Below, piece after piece: positions 9,801-18,060 of a stretch of 32,000 nt of DNA (position 1 is its first letter; each line of letters opens with the position of its first letter). Both the position numbers and the translations under genes were made by a program. This DNA comes from Candidatus Saccharimonadota bacterium (GTDB lineage Bacteria > Patescibacteriota > Saccharimonadia > Saccharimonadales > Saccharimonadaceae), in NCBI GenBank assembly GCA_039920285.1, contig JBDSDX010000001.1, positions 600,001 to 632,000 on the forward strand. Reading direction: 5' to 3'. The notes below the pieces were generated by a model. It was not told the origin of the DNA. It searched no databases and worked only from the letters and a program-made list of their open reading frames with translations.

Positions 9801-12332
9801 ATGCTTTTTTACCATCAGTCGGTTGAGGAAACCTACAATGAATTTCGAAGTGGGGCTGACGGTCTGACTCGTCGAGAAGCTGCAATACGTCTCGAAGATC
9901 ATGGCCCAAATATCATTAAAATCAAAGGTGAACCTCTCTGGCGCATACTGATCGACCCTTTTGCTAATGTCTTTGTTGTGGTGTTGGTCATTGCTGCAGT
10001 TATCAGTTTCGTCCAGCATGCCGCATTTGATGGCTTTATCATTCTCTCAATCATCGTCATTAGCGCCTTAATCTATTATGTTCAGCGTTTTTCGACCGAG
10101 AGAGTCCTGAGGTCACTTCAGAAAAAATCCGCCCAACAGGTAATGGTGAAGAGAGGAGGCGAGACGCTCTATATCGACACTAGTCTTCTCGTACCAGGTG
10201 ATATTGTCACGCTCAGTGAAGGTGACAAAATACCGGCTGATATTCGCCTTACTATTGTCGACTCTCTGCGTGTCGACGAATCCATTCTGACAGGTGAGTC
10301 AGAACCCGTAGAAAAGCATATTGAGACACTTCCAGGCAAAAAAGAAGTGTACGAACAAACAAATATGCTCTTCCAGGGGTCTTTTATCGTATCGGGGCAT
10401 GCAACTGGTATCATTGTTTTCACCGGTAACCAGACTGAGTTTGGTCGTATTGCGGAACTTAGCAAGAAAACCAGTGAGTCATCCAGTAGCCCTGTCCAAA
10501 AGAAGATCGATAAATTAATCATATATGTTGTTGTCGTAGTCGGAATTCTGTCGTTCATTGCATTCATTTTAGCCCTTGTGCGAGGCATTGAACTAAGTGA
10601 GGCCCTCCGCTATGTGATGGCAATGACTGTCTCTGCGGTTCCTGAAGGGTTACCTGTCGCCATTTCTGTGATTCTGGTACTTGGTATGCGTCGCATGACG
10701 GCAAAAAAAGCACTGGTACGCTCAATGCAGGCAATTGAAACAATTGGGGTTATTACCACGATTGCCACTGACAAAACCGGAACACTGACCGAAAATAAAC
10801 TTTCCGTTCAACAAACTTGGCAACCAGAAGGCAATACACACGCCTTACTTGGGGCTGCGTATCGAACCATTACACACCAAGGCGAGCGAGGAAGTGACCC
10901 CCTCGACGCTGCTATCGATATTTTTCTTGATGGTAAACGATCGATTAATCGCAATGGTGATTCGCTGGCCATCCTGCCTTTTGATCACACATATGTCATG
11001 AGTGGCAATGTGTGGGAAGAAAATGGAGCGTACCAACTCGCAGTCAAAGGTGCTCCGGAACAAATCATTGCCCGTAGCCAGCTCACTAAAGCAAGTCAGT
11101 TGGCCGTCGAGGCACAACTCACACACCTCACCTCACAGGGCTATCGAGTCATCGCATTAGCTGTCGCAAAGCTTAAAACACCTATCGGTAGCTTTAAAAT
11201 GATGAAGCCAAATCAAACACTCGAATTCGTCGGTTTTTTGGCCATTGCTGATGCTTTGCGGGCGGGAAGTAAGAAAGCTATCAAAAGTGCCCAACAGGCT
11301 GGTGTCTCTGTCCGTATGATTACTGGTGACCACTTTGAGACCGCTTTTCATATCGGTAAACAGCTCGGGTTAGTGAAAAACCGTGATCAGGTGTTCGATA
11401 GTCGTTTAATCGATGAAATGACCGAACAAGAATTAACTGATCGTATAGAGACGGCTCGTGTTTTTTCTCGTGTCACCCCTGAAAATAAGTTTCGTATTCT
11501 CCAGATATTAAAGAAGAAAGATATTACCGCTATGACTGGTGACGGGGTAAATGACGTCCCAGCCCTCGCGAACGCTCATGTGGGTATCGCGATGGGCAGT
11601 GGATCACAGATTGCCAAGGACGCCGGAGGTATTATCCTTTTGAATGACAACTTCGACAGTATCGTACGCGCCATGAGAGAGGGTCGTATCATCTTTTCAA
11701 ATGTTCGTCGCATGTTGATCTACCTCTTGTCGTCGAATACAGCCGAAGCTCTTATTATGGTCATGGCGCTTGCCATTGGCTTACCTTTGCCTCTGTTACC
11801 GGTCCAAATTCTTTGGATCAACCTCGTCAGTGAAACGGCAGTCGTTATTCCTTTAGGGCTCGAGCCCGGCGAAAAACGTATCATGCGACGAAAACCTGTC
11901 TCGCCAACCGCACCTCTCCTCAGTAAGTACATGGTGTTTCGCATCGGACTCGTTGCACTTACTATGAGCGTCCTTGTCCTCGTGGCATATGCGTACTATC
12001 AGGGTAAATATGGTACTGAATACGGCCAGACTATTGTCTTCACCTTAATTATTGCCTTAGTCTGGGCGAATGCCTTTAATGCCCGTAGTACCTTCGAATC
12101 GGCCTTCTCACGGCTTCGGGTGTGGAGTGGGGCATTCTATATCGGTTTGAGCATTTCAATCCTCCTGCAGGCTCTGGCGGTCTTGGGCCCACTGAGAGGA
12201 GCGCTGCATATCTACCCGATCTCTGCGAACGATCTTATCTTCACGAGTGTCGTTGGGTTTAGTGTGGTCATTCTCGTCGTGGAAATCCATAAATTCTTCG
12301 GTCGTCGTTTCATTGCACATACCGTTAAGTAA
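9801..12332 (+). CDS. P-type cation-transporting ATPase (P2-type, Ca2+/Mg2+-ATPase-like)
   Basis: Cation_ATPase_N-like start (GLTRREAAIRLEDHGPN), TGESEPV, phosphorylation motif ATDKTGTLTEN, MITGDHFETA, hinge TGDGVNDVPALANAHVGIAMG, and about 10 TM helices. The start is ATG 9801, or GTG 9795 two codons earlier. Confidence 0.93.
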   Translation: MLFYHQSVEETYNEFRSGADGLTRREAAIRLEDHGPNIIKIKGEPLWRILIDPFANVFVVVLVIAAVISFVQHAAFDGFIILSIIVISALIYYVQRFSTERVLRSLQKKSAQQVMVKRGGETLYIDTSLLVPGDIVTLSEGDKIPADIRLTIVDSLRVDESILTGESEPVEKHIETLPGKKEVYEQTNMLFQGSFIVSGHATGIIVFTGNQTEFGRIAELSKKTSESSSSPVQKKIDKLIIYVVVVVGILSFIAFILALVRGIELSEALRYVMAMTVSAVPEGLPVAISVILVLGMRRMTAKKALVRSMQAIETIGVITTIATDKTGTLTENKLSVQQTWQPEGNTHALLGAAYRTITHQGERGSDPLDAAIDIFLDGKRSINRNGDSLAILPFDHTYVMSGNVWEENGAYQLAVKGAPEQIIARSQLTKASQLAVEAQLTHLTSQGYRVIALAVAKLKTPIGSFKMMKPNQTLEFVGFLAIADALRAGSKKAIKSAQQAGVSVRMITGDHFETAFHIGKQLGLVKNRDQVFDSRLIDEMTEQELTDRIETARVFSRVTPENKFRILQILKKKDITAMTGDGVNDVPALANAHVGIAMGSGSQIAKDAGGIILLNDNFDSIVRAMREGRIIFSNVRRMLIYLLSSNTAEALIMVMALAIGLPLPLLPVQILWINLVSETAVVIPLGLEPGEKRIMRRKPVSPTAPLLSKYMVFRIGLVALTMSVLVLVAYAYYQGKYGTEYGQTIVFTLIIALVWANAFNARSTFESAFSRLRVWSGAFYIGLSISILLQALAVLGPLRGALHIYPISANDLIFTSVVGFSVVILVVEIHKFFGRRFIAHTVK

Positions 12333-12340
12333 AAGAAATA

Positions 12341-12360
12341 CCCAGGCTCGCAGTCCTGGG
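12341..12360. terminator. Hairpin between convergent genes (likely a terminator, better suited to the minus-strand gene)
   Basis: CCCAGG (12341-12346) pairs with CCTGGG (12355-12360) across an 8-nt loop. On the minus strand it is followed by TATTTCTTTT; on the plus strand only by CATTT. Confidence 0.55.
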
Positions 12361-12386
12361 CATTTAAATGTTCACAGATATACTCC

Positions 12387-12638
12387 TTAAGACATAATGC
12401 TCAAAAGCGTCCAGTTACCTCCGTGGTTGTCGCTGCGAAGACGATAGAACGAGTGGCCATCTGAAAGGGTGATGATCTCAGCTAAGTTCTCTCCTGAACG
12501 GACCAGGCATCGGAGGCCAGCGTCGATAAACTCATAGATTGAGCCACGGAATTCCATGCGACGAGGGTAGGCAGACAAGTCCTTCTTGAACCCCATTCGT
12601 GTGACAGCGATTTCTTCATTGATAGTGATACGATTCAT
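12387..12638 (-). CDS. Hypothetical 83-aa protein
   Basis: Intact ORF with GGAG 9 nt upstream of the ATG (TTGGAGAAAAACTATG) and a downstream hairpin. I recognise no family. Confidence 0.6.
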   Translation of the reverse strand: MNRITINEEIAVTRMGFKKDLSAYPRRMEFRGSIYEFIDAGLRCLVRSGENLAEIITLSDGHSFYRLRSDNHGGNWTLLSIMS

Positions 12639-12668
12639 AGTTTTTCTCCAAAAGGTTATATTTAACGC

Positions 12669-12695
12669 AAAAAGGCTGACAAAAGAGTTATCAGC
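12669..12695 (-). terminator. Terminator-like hairpin inside the 5' leader of the 83-aa gene (possible attenuator)
   Basis: On the minus strand, GCTGA (12695-12691) pairs with TCAGC (12679-12675) across an 11-nt loop that has partial extra pairing. It is followed by C and TTTTT (12673-12669), about 30 nt before the ATG. Confidence 0.35.
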
Positions 12696-12965
12696 GGCGG
12701 ATTTTGGAGGAGTGATTTGGAGAGGGATGGAGAACCGCGTAGATCTCTGTCCTTTTTACCAAATATCACGATTAGAATTGTGCGATTAACAGGGGCGCTT
12801 AGTTTCTAGATTAACCAGTGTGCGTGCTATCGTTGGTGGCTTCATAAGCCTGAGAGTGGAAATCTCTACGAAAGAGAAGTACTCGCATGACTGTTCTTAG
12901 TATACTCCTCCTACTAGCATAGGCGTCAAGCGTTGATCTTTACGAAAAGATAGTGCTTAAGTATA

Positions 12966-12994
12966 TTTACATTTGGTCGTTTTTGTGCTATAAT
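12966..12994 (+). promoter_or_regulatory. Strong sigma-70-type promoter with extended -10 (TTTACA-17-TGcTATAAT) driving the high-GC surface-protein operon
   Basis: TTTACA at 12966-12971 and TATAAT at 12989-12994, with a 17-nt spacer and TG at 12986-12987. The roughly 105-nt leader contains two hairpins (13021-13038 and 13075-13092) and a GAGGAG SD (13096-13101). Confidence 0.65.
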
Positions 12995-13105
12995 GTATTT
13001 TATGCGTGTGAGCTACTATTTGTGGCGTCCACGCCACATTAACAATTAGTAAATTACGCAATCCGCCCCACTACGTATCCTCCATAGGATACAGAGAGGA
13101 GTCCC

Positions 13106-15232
13106 GTGAGGACTTCGCGCAAAAAAGTCGCCTTGAAGGTGACTGGATTAACCCTGGGAGTGTTACTCCTAGGTTCCATGGGGATTTCGGCTGCAAATGC
13201 CTTAACCTCCGATGACCCCGCCACGGACCCTGTGTCCGTCATGGAGGAGACGCTACCGGCGTCCGATCCTGCTCCTGCGACAGACCCGGCTCCTGAGTCA
13301 GGTCCTGTCGGAGAGACACCCAGCGAAGACCTGGTCTCGTCGCCAGTCGACGAGACCACCGACGGCACTGCGCCCGAGGAATCGAAAATGTCACAGTCTG
13401 TGGCAACAGTGGCGGCAAGCATCGGTGTAACCGGTGATCTGCTGCCATGGTCATCCGCAACTAACCAGGCCTCCTACTGGACGGATTACGGTCCGCACGA
13501 TGGAGCGCTCTGCTACAAGCATGACGCGAATGACTCGCCGAACGCACACGGATCGATCACAGACGGTGGAAAAACCGTCACGTTGAACCCCTACGGCGCA
13601 AATTGGCCCGGGGATCACTACGAACTGCTTGTCATCAAAGGCGGCAGTGACTACAACAACGTGATCATCCACCCAGTCGCCGGTGTCGCATACGCATCGC
13701 CGCCGAACTCGTCGGGCAACCAGTCCGACGTGTCACACTGGATCGTCTGCAAGGGCACCACGCCGCCGCCAATCGATGTTTGCAAAAACATCGACGGCAT
13801 TCAGACGCAAGTCCCTGCGGGCTACAACGAAAACTGCGAACCGCCGACCAACGACTGTGTCGCAGGAGCTGGTGAAACCTTCACCGAGAACAACCCGATG
13901 ATCGAGAACGACATGATCGGTAACGCCTCGTACTCGTACGAGAACGGCTATCTGAAAATCGTCACACTTGACGGGAATGCGAAGGTTAACCTCCGGAGTG
14001 GAAACCCGGGCTTCGCGTTGAAGAACGTCGGGACCCTGGACATCCTGGGCTCTAACGTCAGCGGTACAGTCAATGGCCTGGGCCTGAATCTCTACGTCGA
14101 CATGGATGGAGACCTCTCCACCACGAACGATCGAGGGACGATGGTCTTTGAAAAGGTGTACGGTCAGGACCTCTGGGTTCCGACTTCCGCATCGAATGCA
14201 GCTCTGTCTGCAGTCGCGCCTTCCCACACGGGAGGCAACGGATCAGCCAACCACGGCACCATCAACCAGTGGCTCACCAACATCCCGAACGCGTGGGTGA
14301 TGGACTGGGCGCTGAACTACGGTCGTATCGGTGCAACGGAGTGGAATGTGACGAAGGTCGTCATTAACTGCTCCAACTTCACTTACGACCACTACGTGGC
14401 TCCGCCGACACCTGTGTCGCCGAAGCCCACTGGTGATGTTGTCATCAGCTGCGTCAACACAACAGGTTCGGGTTCAAAGGCAGTCATCAACGCCTCAAAC
14501 CCTACACCGGAAGAAGGAACAACGACACCCGCTGTGAATTACAGCGTGACCGTCGATGGAGTCGTGGATCACACCTACGATTTCACCCTGAATCCTGGTG
14601 AAACGTTGTCGCCGCCCATTGAGATCTCCTTCGCGGAGGACTCGGGTAGCCACACCGTTGAACTCTGGTGGATTACCGACGCTATGCGTGAACCGGTCCA
14701 GCTGGACTCGGCGACCGCTGGCAGTGACTGTGCTCCGAACGAGGTAACCGGTACTCCGGGATCCTCGGCAACGCAGACCTGTGGTTCGGTCACGTACACG
14801 TTCTCATTCCCGGCTGTAGAGTTGGGTGAGAACGATTTCATCAAGCCAGTCACGTTCGTGTATACGGACGAGAACGGTGACGTACAAGAAGTCGTGATGA
14901 ACGCTGGTGACGGTGACGTCACCAAGACGGTTACGTACCCCGAGGACAGCCACAGTGGCAGCCTTGTGGTAGAGTTCGGTGAGAAGGGTAAAACCCTCAC
15001 CAAGCTGACCATCGACACTGATTGCCAGACACCGCCACCCCCGCCTCACGGTGGGGTTAACGGTGAAGTCCTGAACGGCCCGCTCATGTGGGTCGCTGGT
15101 GGCGTAGGAGCTGTGGGGCTGGTCGCACTGACCCTCCTCCTGTTCCCCGGCATCATCGGACGCCGCCGCAACTCGAGCCTTGTGCTTGAGGGACCGGCCG
15201 TTACAACCACCGTGGTGAGTGACACCGAGTAA
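13106..15232 (+). CDS. Secreted, membrane/cell-wall-anchored surface protein (708 aa), high-GC
   Basis: GTG start after the GAGGAG SD. Signal peptide MRTSRKKVALKVTGLTLGVLLLGSMGISAANA. Pro/Asp/Thr-rich linker (DPATDP ... DPAPATDPAPESGP). A single CKNIDGIQTQVPAGY-type motif. A poly-Pro stalk (TPPPPPHGG) precedes a C-terminal hydrophobic helix plus RRRN. All antisense ORFs here are high-GC shadow ORFs. Confidence 0.85.
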   Translation: MRTSRKKVALKVTGLTLGVLLLGSMGISAANALTSDDPATDPVSVMEETLPASDPAPATDPAPESGPVGETPSEDLVSSPVDETTDGTAPEESKMSQSVATVAASIGVTGDLLPWSSATNQASYWTDYGPHDGALCYKHDANDSPNAHGSITDGGKTVTLNPYGANWPGDHYELLVIKGGSDYNNVIIHPVAGVAYASPPNSSGNQSDVSHWIVCKGTTPPPIDVCKNIDGIQTQVPAGYNENCEPPTNDCVAGAGETFTENNPMIENDMIGNASYSYENGYLKIVTLDGNAKVNLRSGNPGFALKNVGTLDILGSNVSGTVNGLGLNLYVDMDGDLSTTNDRGTMVFEKVYGQDLWVPTSASNAALSAVAPSHTGGNGSANHGTINQWLTNIPNAWVMDWALNYGRIGATEWNVTKVVINCSNFTYDHYVAPPTPVSPKPTGDVVISCVNTTGSGSKAVINASNPTPEEGTTTPAVNYSVTVDGVVDHTYDFTLNPGETLSPPIEISFAEDSGSHTVELWWITDAMREPVQLDSATAGSDCAPNEVTGTPGSSATQTCGSVTYTFSFPAVELGENDFIKPVTFVYTDENGDVQEVVMNAGDGDVTKTVTYPEDSHSGSLVVEFGEKGKTLTKLTIDTDCQTPPPPPHGGVNGEVLNGPLMWVAGGVGAVGLVALTLLLFPGIIGRRRNSSLVLEGPAVTTTVVSDTE

Positions 15233-15959
15233 GGGTCGCCGCAACGCCATCGTAAGGGTCGTGGCAGGGACTGTCGTAGTAGCGAGTATTTTGACGCTGC
15301 TCTACATGTTTCTGCCACGGCCACCGGTTCCTCGGCAAGTCGTCGTGGAGCCACCGGTGGCCGCGTTGGCACCCGAGGTAGAACCCCCGCTCGACAAAGT
15401 TGTTCCAGCAGGAAAACCTCTAAGGGTACAAATCCCGTCGGTTAGTTTCGACACGGATGCGATCATCCCGAAAGATGAAACAGAGAAGATCAAGGAATGG
15501 TCAACGGAAGACGACAATGCAGCCCATGGGCTGGTCCAACCCGGAGACTACTGGGCATGGTCGCTCGTATACGATACGTCAGTCGCTGGCGGCGGTCTCT
15601 TCGGAACCGATGTCGCGACAACACCTCGCATCGACGGACACACCAGTCCATGGAATAGCAATCCCTTGGGGGCATTCAATGTCCTTCAGTCGGTGGAAGT
15701 TGGCGACGTTGTTGCCATCACTACCGATCAGGGTCTCCTCTGCTACAATGTCAGCATGATTGACCATGTGCTCAAAACCGAACTCGACACGACGTACGAT
15801 AAATACGACAGTGCCAAGATCGAAGAGGACACAGTTCTTCTGCAGTCGTGCGACCGCCCTACATGGTGGTTGGATTGGCTGGCAACAGATAAGAACATCG
15901 TCGTAAAGCTCAAGTTAAACCAGAGCTCGACAAATGCTGGCACCTGCTGGGTTGCGTAA
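15219..15959 (+). CDS. Sortase-like transpeptidase (class E/F-like), membrane-anchored
   Basis: The GTG start overlaps the upstream gene by 14 nt. N-terminal TM (VVAGTVVVASILTLLYMFL) and a Pro-rich linker. LRVQIPSVSFDTDAI resembles the sortase L-x-IP-x-IG-V strand. His in RIDGHTSP; VLQSVEVGDVVAITTDQGLLCYNV; Cys in TVLLQSCDRP (TLxTC-like). I could not place the catalytic Arg confidently. Confidence 0.6.
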   Translation: MTPSKGRRNAIVRVVAGTVVVASILTLLYMFLPRPPVPRQVVVEPPVAALAPEVEPPLDKVVPAGKPLRVQIPSVSFDTDAIIPKDETEKIKEWSTEDDNAAHGLVQPGDYWAWSLVYDTSVAGGGLFGTDVATTPRIDGHTSPWNSNPLGAFNVLQSVEVGDVVAITTDQGLLCYNVSMIDHVLKTELDTTYDKYDSAKIEEDTVLLQSCDRPTWWLDWLATDKNIVVKLKLNQSSTNAGTCWVA

Positions 15960-16052
15960 TATGCTGAAGAAGTGTGGGAGATTCGCTCTCCCTGCTTCGC
16001 ACCGCGCGTAAAAACGTACGGAGTCCGTCACCCTTAGGGGAGATGGATACCT

Positions 16053-16094
16053 GGGCGACCCTGCCTGGCTTTTGCCAGGTGAGGTCGCCCTTTT
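16053..16094 (+). terminator. Compound GC-rich hairpin terminator ending the high-GC island
   Basis: GGGCGACC (16053-16060) pairs with GGTCGCCC (16083-16090). An inner stem CCTGGC (16064-16069) pairs with GCCAGG (16074-16079). TTTT follows at 16091-16094. Confidence 0.75.
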
Positions 16095-16137
16095 AAATTG
16101 GCAAAAAATATAGGATATTTCAGATTTAACCCGGCAT

Positions 16138-16146
16138 TGATACAAT
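16138..16146 (+). promoter_or_regulatory. Extended -10 element TGaTACAAT for the carotenoid operon
   Basis: TGATACAAT at 16138-16146. The ATG of the first gene at 16157 is 10 nt downstream with no clear SD. Confidence 0.45.
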
Positions 16147-16156
16147 AGATGGATAC

Positions 16157-17236
16157 ATGTCAGACCAAGCAACTCATACCCATACAGAGGTTTTAACGTC
16201 ACAACAGGCTAAACAGCTCGTGGACGAATATATGTTAGACTTACTCGCTGACCGAATCGCGCAGGCAAGTGCAGTCCATGGAAACTACAAACGTCTCTGG
16301 GAAGCTATTCAGAATTTATATAGTGCTGGCGGCAAACGTTTACGGCCTTATATGACACTCTTGACGTACCAAGCCTATGCCGATAAACCAGTTGAAAATG
16401 TTCTTCCGGCAGCTGTTGCCCAAGAATTGCTCCATCAAGCCATGCTGATTCACGACGATATTATCGACCGTGATACTGTTCGCTATAATGTAAAGAATAT
16501 CTCAGGCCAGTATCTCGATATATATACAGACCTGGCAGAATCCCGACATTTTGCCGACAGTAGCGCTATCCTCGCAGGTGACTTACTAATATCTGAAGCA
16601 CATATTCAAGTTGCAAAAAGTAACACAGAGCCAAAAATTTTAACGCAAGTACAACAGATCTTAAATCAGGAAGTCTTCCACGTTGTAGGTGGAGAACTCC
16701 TTGATACTGAAGCGAGTTTTTCTCAAGAGAGTATCATTGATCCACTGACAATTGCCGAACAAAAAACAGCAAGTTATTCTTTCGTCGGTCCACTCACAAT
16801 GGGCGCAACACTGGCAGGCGCAGACGAAGTGCAAATAGGACTATTGAAACACTTCGGCACTTCGATTGGCATTGCCTACCAACTACGTGATGACATCATA
16901 GGCATTTTTGGTAATCAAGTAGTGACTGGTAAAAGTAACGAGGGTGATATTCGTGAAGGCAAGCGCACACTTTTGATCGATGAGTTCTATAAACGAGCAA
17001 ACGATGATCAAAAAGCTCAATTTGAAACTACCTTTGGCTCACAGACTGCGACCGATACCGACATACAGACAGTTCGCGAGCTTCTCATTGAAACGGGAGC
17101 TGTTGCCGCTATCGAAACTTGTATCGATTCATATAAACAGCAAACGATCGATCATCTCGCCGAACTATCGATCCCCGAACCATACCGCGAACAATTTAAC
17201 ATTCTCATAGCGCAGAGTTTGGATCGAGAAAGCTAA
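16157..17236 (+). CDS. crtE: Polyprenyl diphosphate synthase (geranylgeranyl-PP synthase-like, CrtE/IdsA)
   Basis: First Asp-rich motif LIHDDIIDRD, second Asp-rich motif QLRDDIIG, GGKRLRP, and a KT-SYSF region. It is the first gene of a crt-type operon. Confidence 0.88.
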   Translation: MSDQATHTHTEVLTSQQAKQLVDEYMLDLLADRIAQASAVHGNYKRLWEAIQNLYSAGGKRLRPYMTLLTYQAYADKPVENVLPAAVAQELLHQAMLIHDDIIDRDTVRYNVKNISGQYLDIYTDLAESRHFADSSAILAGDLLISEAHIQVAKSNTEPKILTQVQQILNQEVFHVVGGELLDTEASFSQESIIDPLTIAEQKTASYSFVGPLTMGATLAGADEVQIGLLKHFGTSIGIAYQLRDDIIGIFGNQVVTGKSNEGDIREGKRTLLIDEFYKRANDDQKAQFETTFGSQTATDTDIQTVRELLIETGAVAAIETCIDSYKQQTIDHLAELSIPEPYREQFNILIAQSLDRES

Positions 17237-18060
17237 TGGAACTCTACGAAAAAGTCAGCTATGCGATTAGTCGTGAATTAACAAATGCTTATTCAACATC
17301 ATTTAGCTTGAGCATGCGATTATTCTCTCCGTCTATTCGAACGCACATCTACGCAATTTATGGCATGGTCCGCATTGCTGATGAAATCGTTGATAGCTAT
17401 AGTGGAGCCGACCAGCGGGAACTTCTCGATACTCTCGAAAAAGAAGTAAAAGCTGCGGTAAAGCGAGGCTATAGTACCAACCCAATCATCCACGCCTATG
17501 CGTTAACCGCACATCGTTTTAGTATTCCTAATAGTTTCGTCACCGCTTTCTTCAAAAGCATGCGCATGGATCTACAGGTTCAGACGTATGATCAAACGAA
17601 GTATGAGACCTATATCTACGGCTCAGCGGAAGTCGTGGGGCTTATGTGCTTGAAAGTGTTCACAGATGACGAAGCATTGTATCTGCAGCTTGAAGACGGT
17701 GCCCGACATCTCGGTGCAGCCTATCAAAAAGTAAATTTCATTCGTGATATTAAAGCTGACCATGAAACCCTGGGTCGTTGGTATTTTCCGTTCAGTTCGT
17801 TTATGACATTTGATGATAAAGTGCGTGGTCGTATCATAAAAGATATCGAAAAAGACTTCGTACTCGCCAAAAGAGCAGCTGCTCAGCTACCGGAGACATC
17901 TCGTCGTGCGGTTGAGCTCAGCATCACGTATTATTCAACATTACTTGAAAAGATTAAGAAGAGCCCAGCATCGCGACTCAAAACACATCGTATCCGTATT
18001 AATAACGCTCACAAAATGAGTCTTTTTATAAAAGTAGGGACATCTCGTCGTGAAGCGTAA
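17236..18060 (+). CDS. crtB: Phytoene synthase
   Basis: Squalene/phytoene synthase pattern: YSTSFSLSMRLF, YAIYGMVRIADEIVD, YIYGSAEVVGLMC, GAAYQKVNFIRDIKAD. The ATG overlaps the crtE stop (TAATG). Confidence 0.9.
   Translation: MELYEKVSYAISRELTNAYSTSFSLSMRLFSPSIRTHIYAIYGMVRIADEIVDSYSGADQRELLDTLEKEVKAAVKRGYSTNPIIHAYALTAHRFSIPNSFVTAFFKSMRMDLQVQTYDQTKYETYIYGSAEVVGLMCLKVFTDDEALYLQLEDGARHLGAAYQKVNFIRDIKADHETLGRWYFPFSSFMTFDDKVRGRIIKDIEKDFVLAKRAAAQLPETSRRAVELSITYYSTLLEKIKKSPASRLKTHRIRINNAHKMSLFIKVGTSRREA

Noticed and set aside
12838-12862. Possible tRNA fragment or TPP-riboswitch-like CUGAGA near GGCTTCATAAGCCTGAGAG
   Set aside because: Only a 3-5 bp stem is present. There is no T-arm (GTTCRANNC), no acceptor pairing and no ACCTGATCTGG-type TPP element, so it is not a tRNA or a known riboswitch.
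13054-15372. A series of long minus-strand ORFs (122, 164, 147, 148 and 108 aa) and short plus-strand out-of-frame ORFs inside the high-GC island
   Set aside because: Long stop-free antisense frames are expected at about 60% GC. The translations are Arg/Pro/Gly/Ser-rich low complexity. The plus-strand 708-aa and 246-aa frames have a signal peptide, TM anchors, an SD and enzyme motifs.
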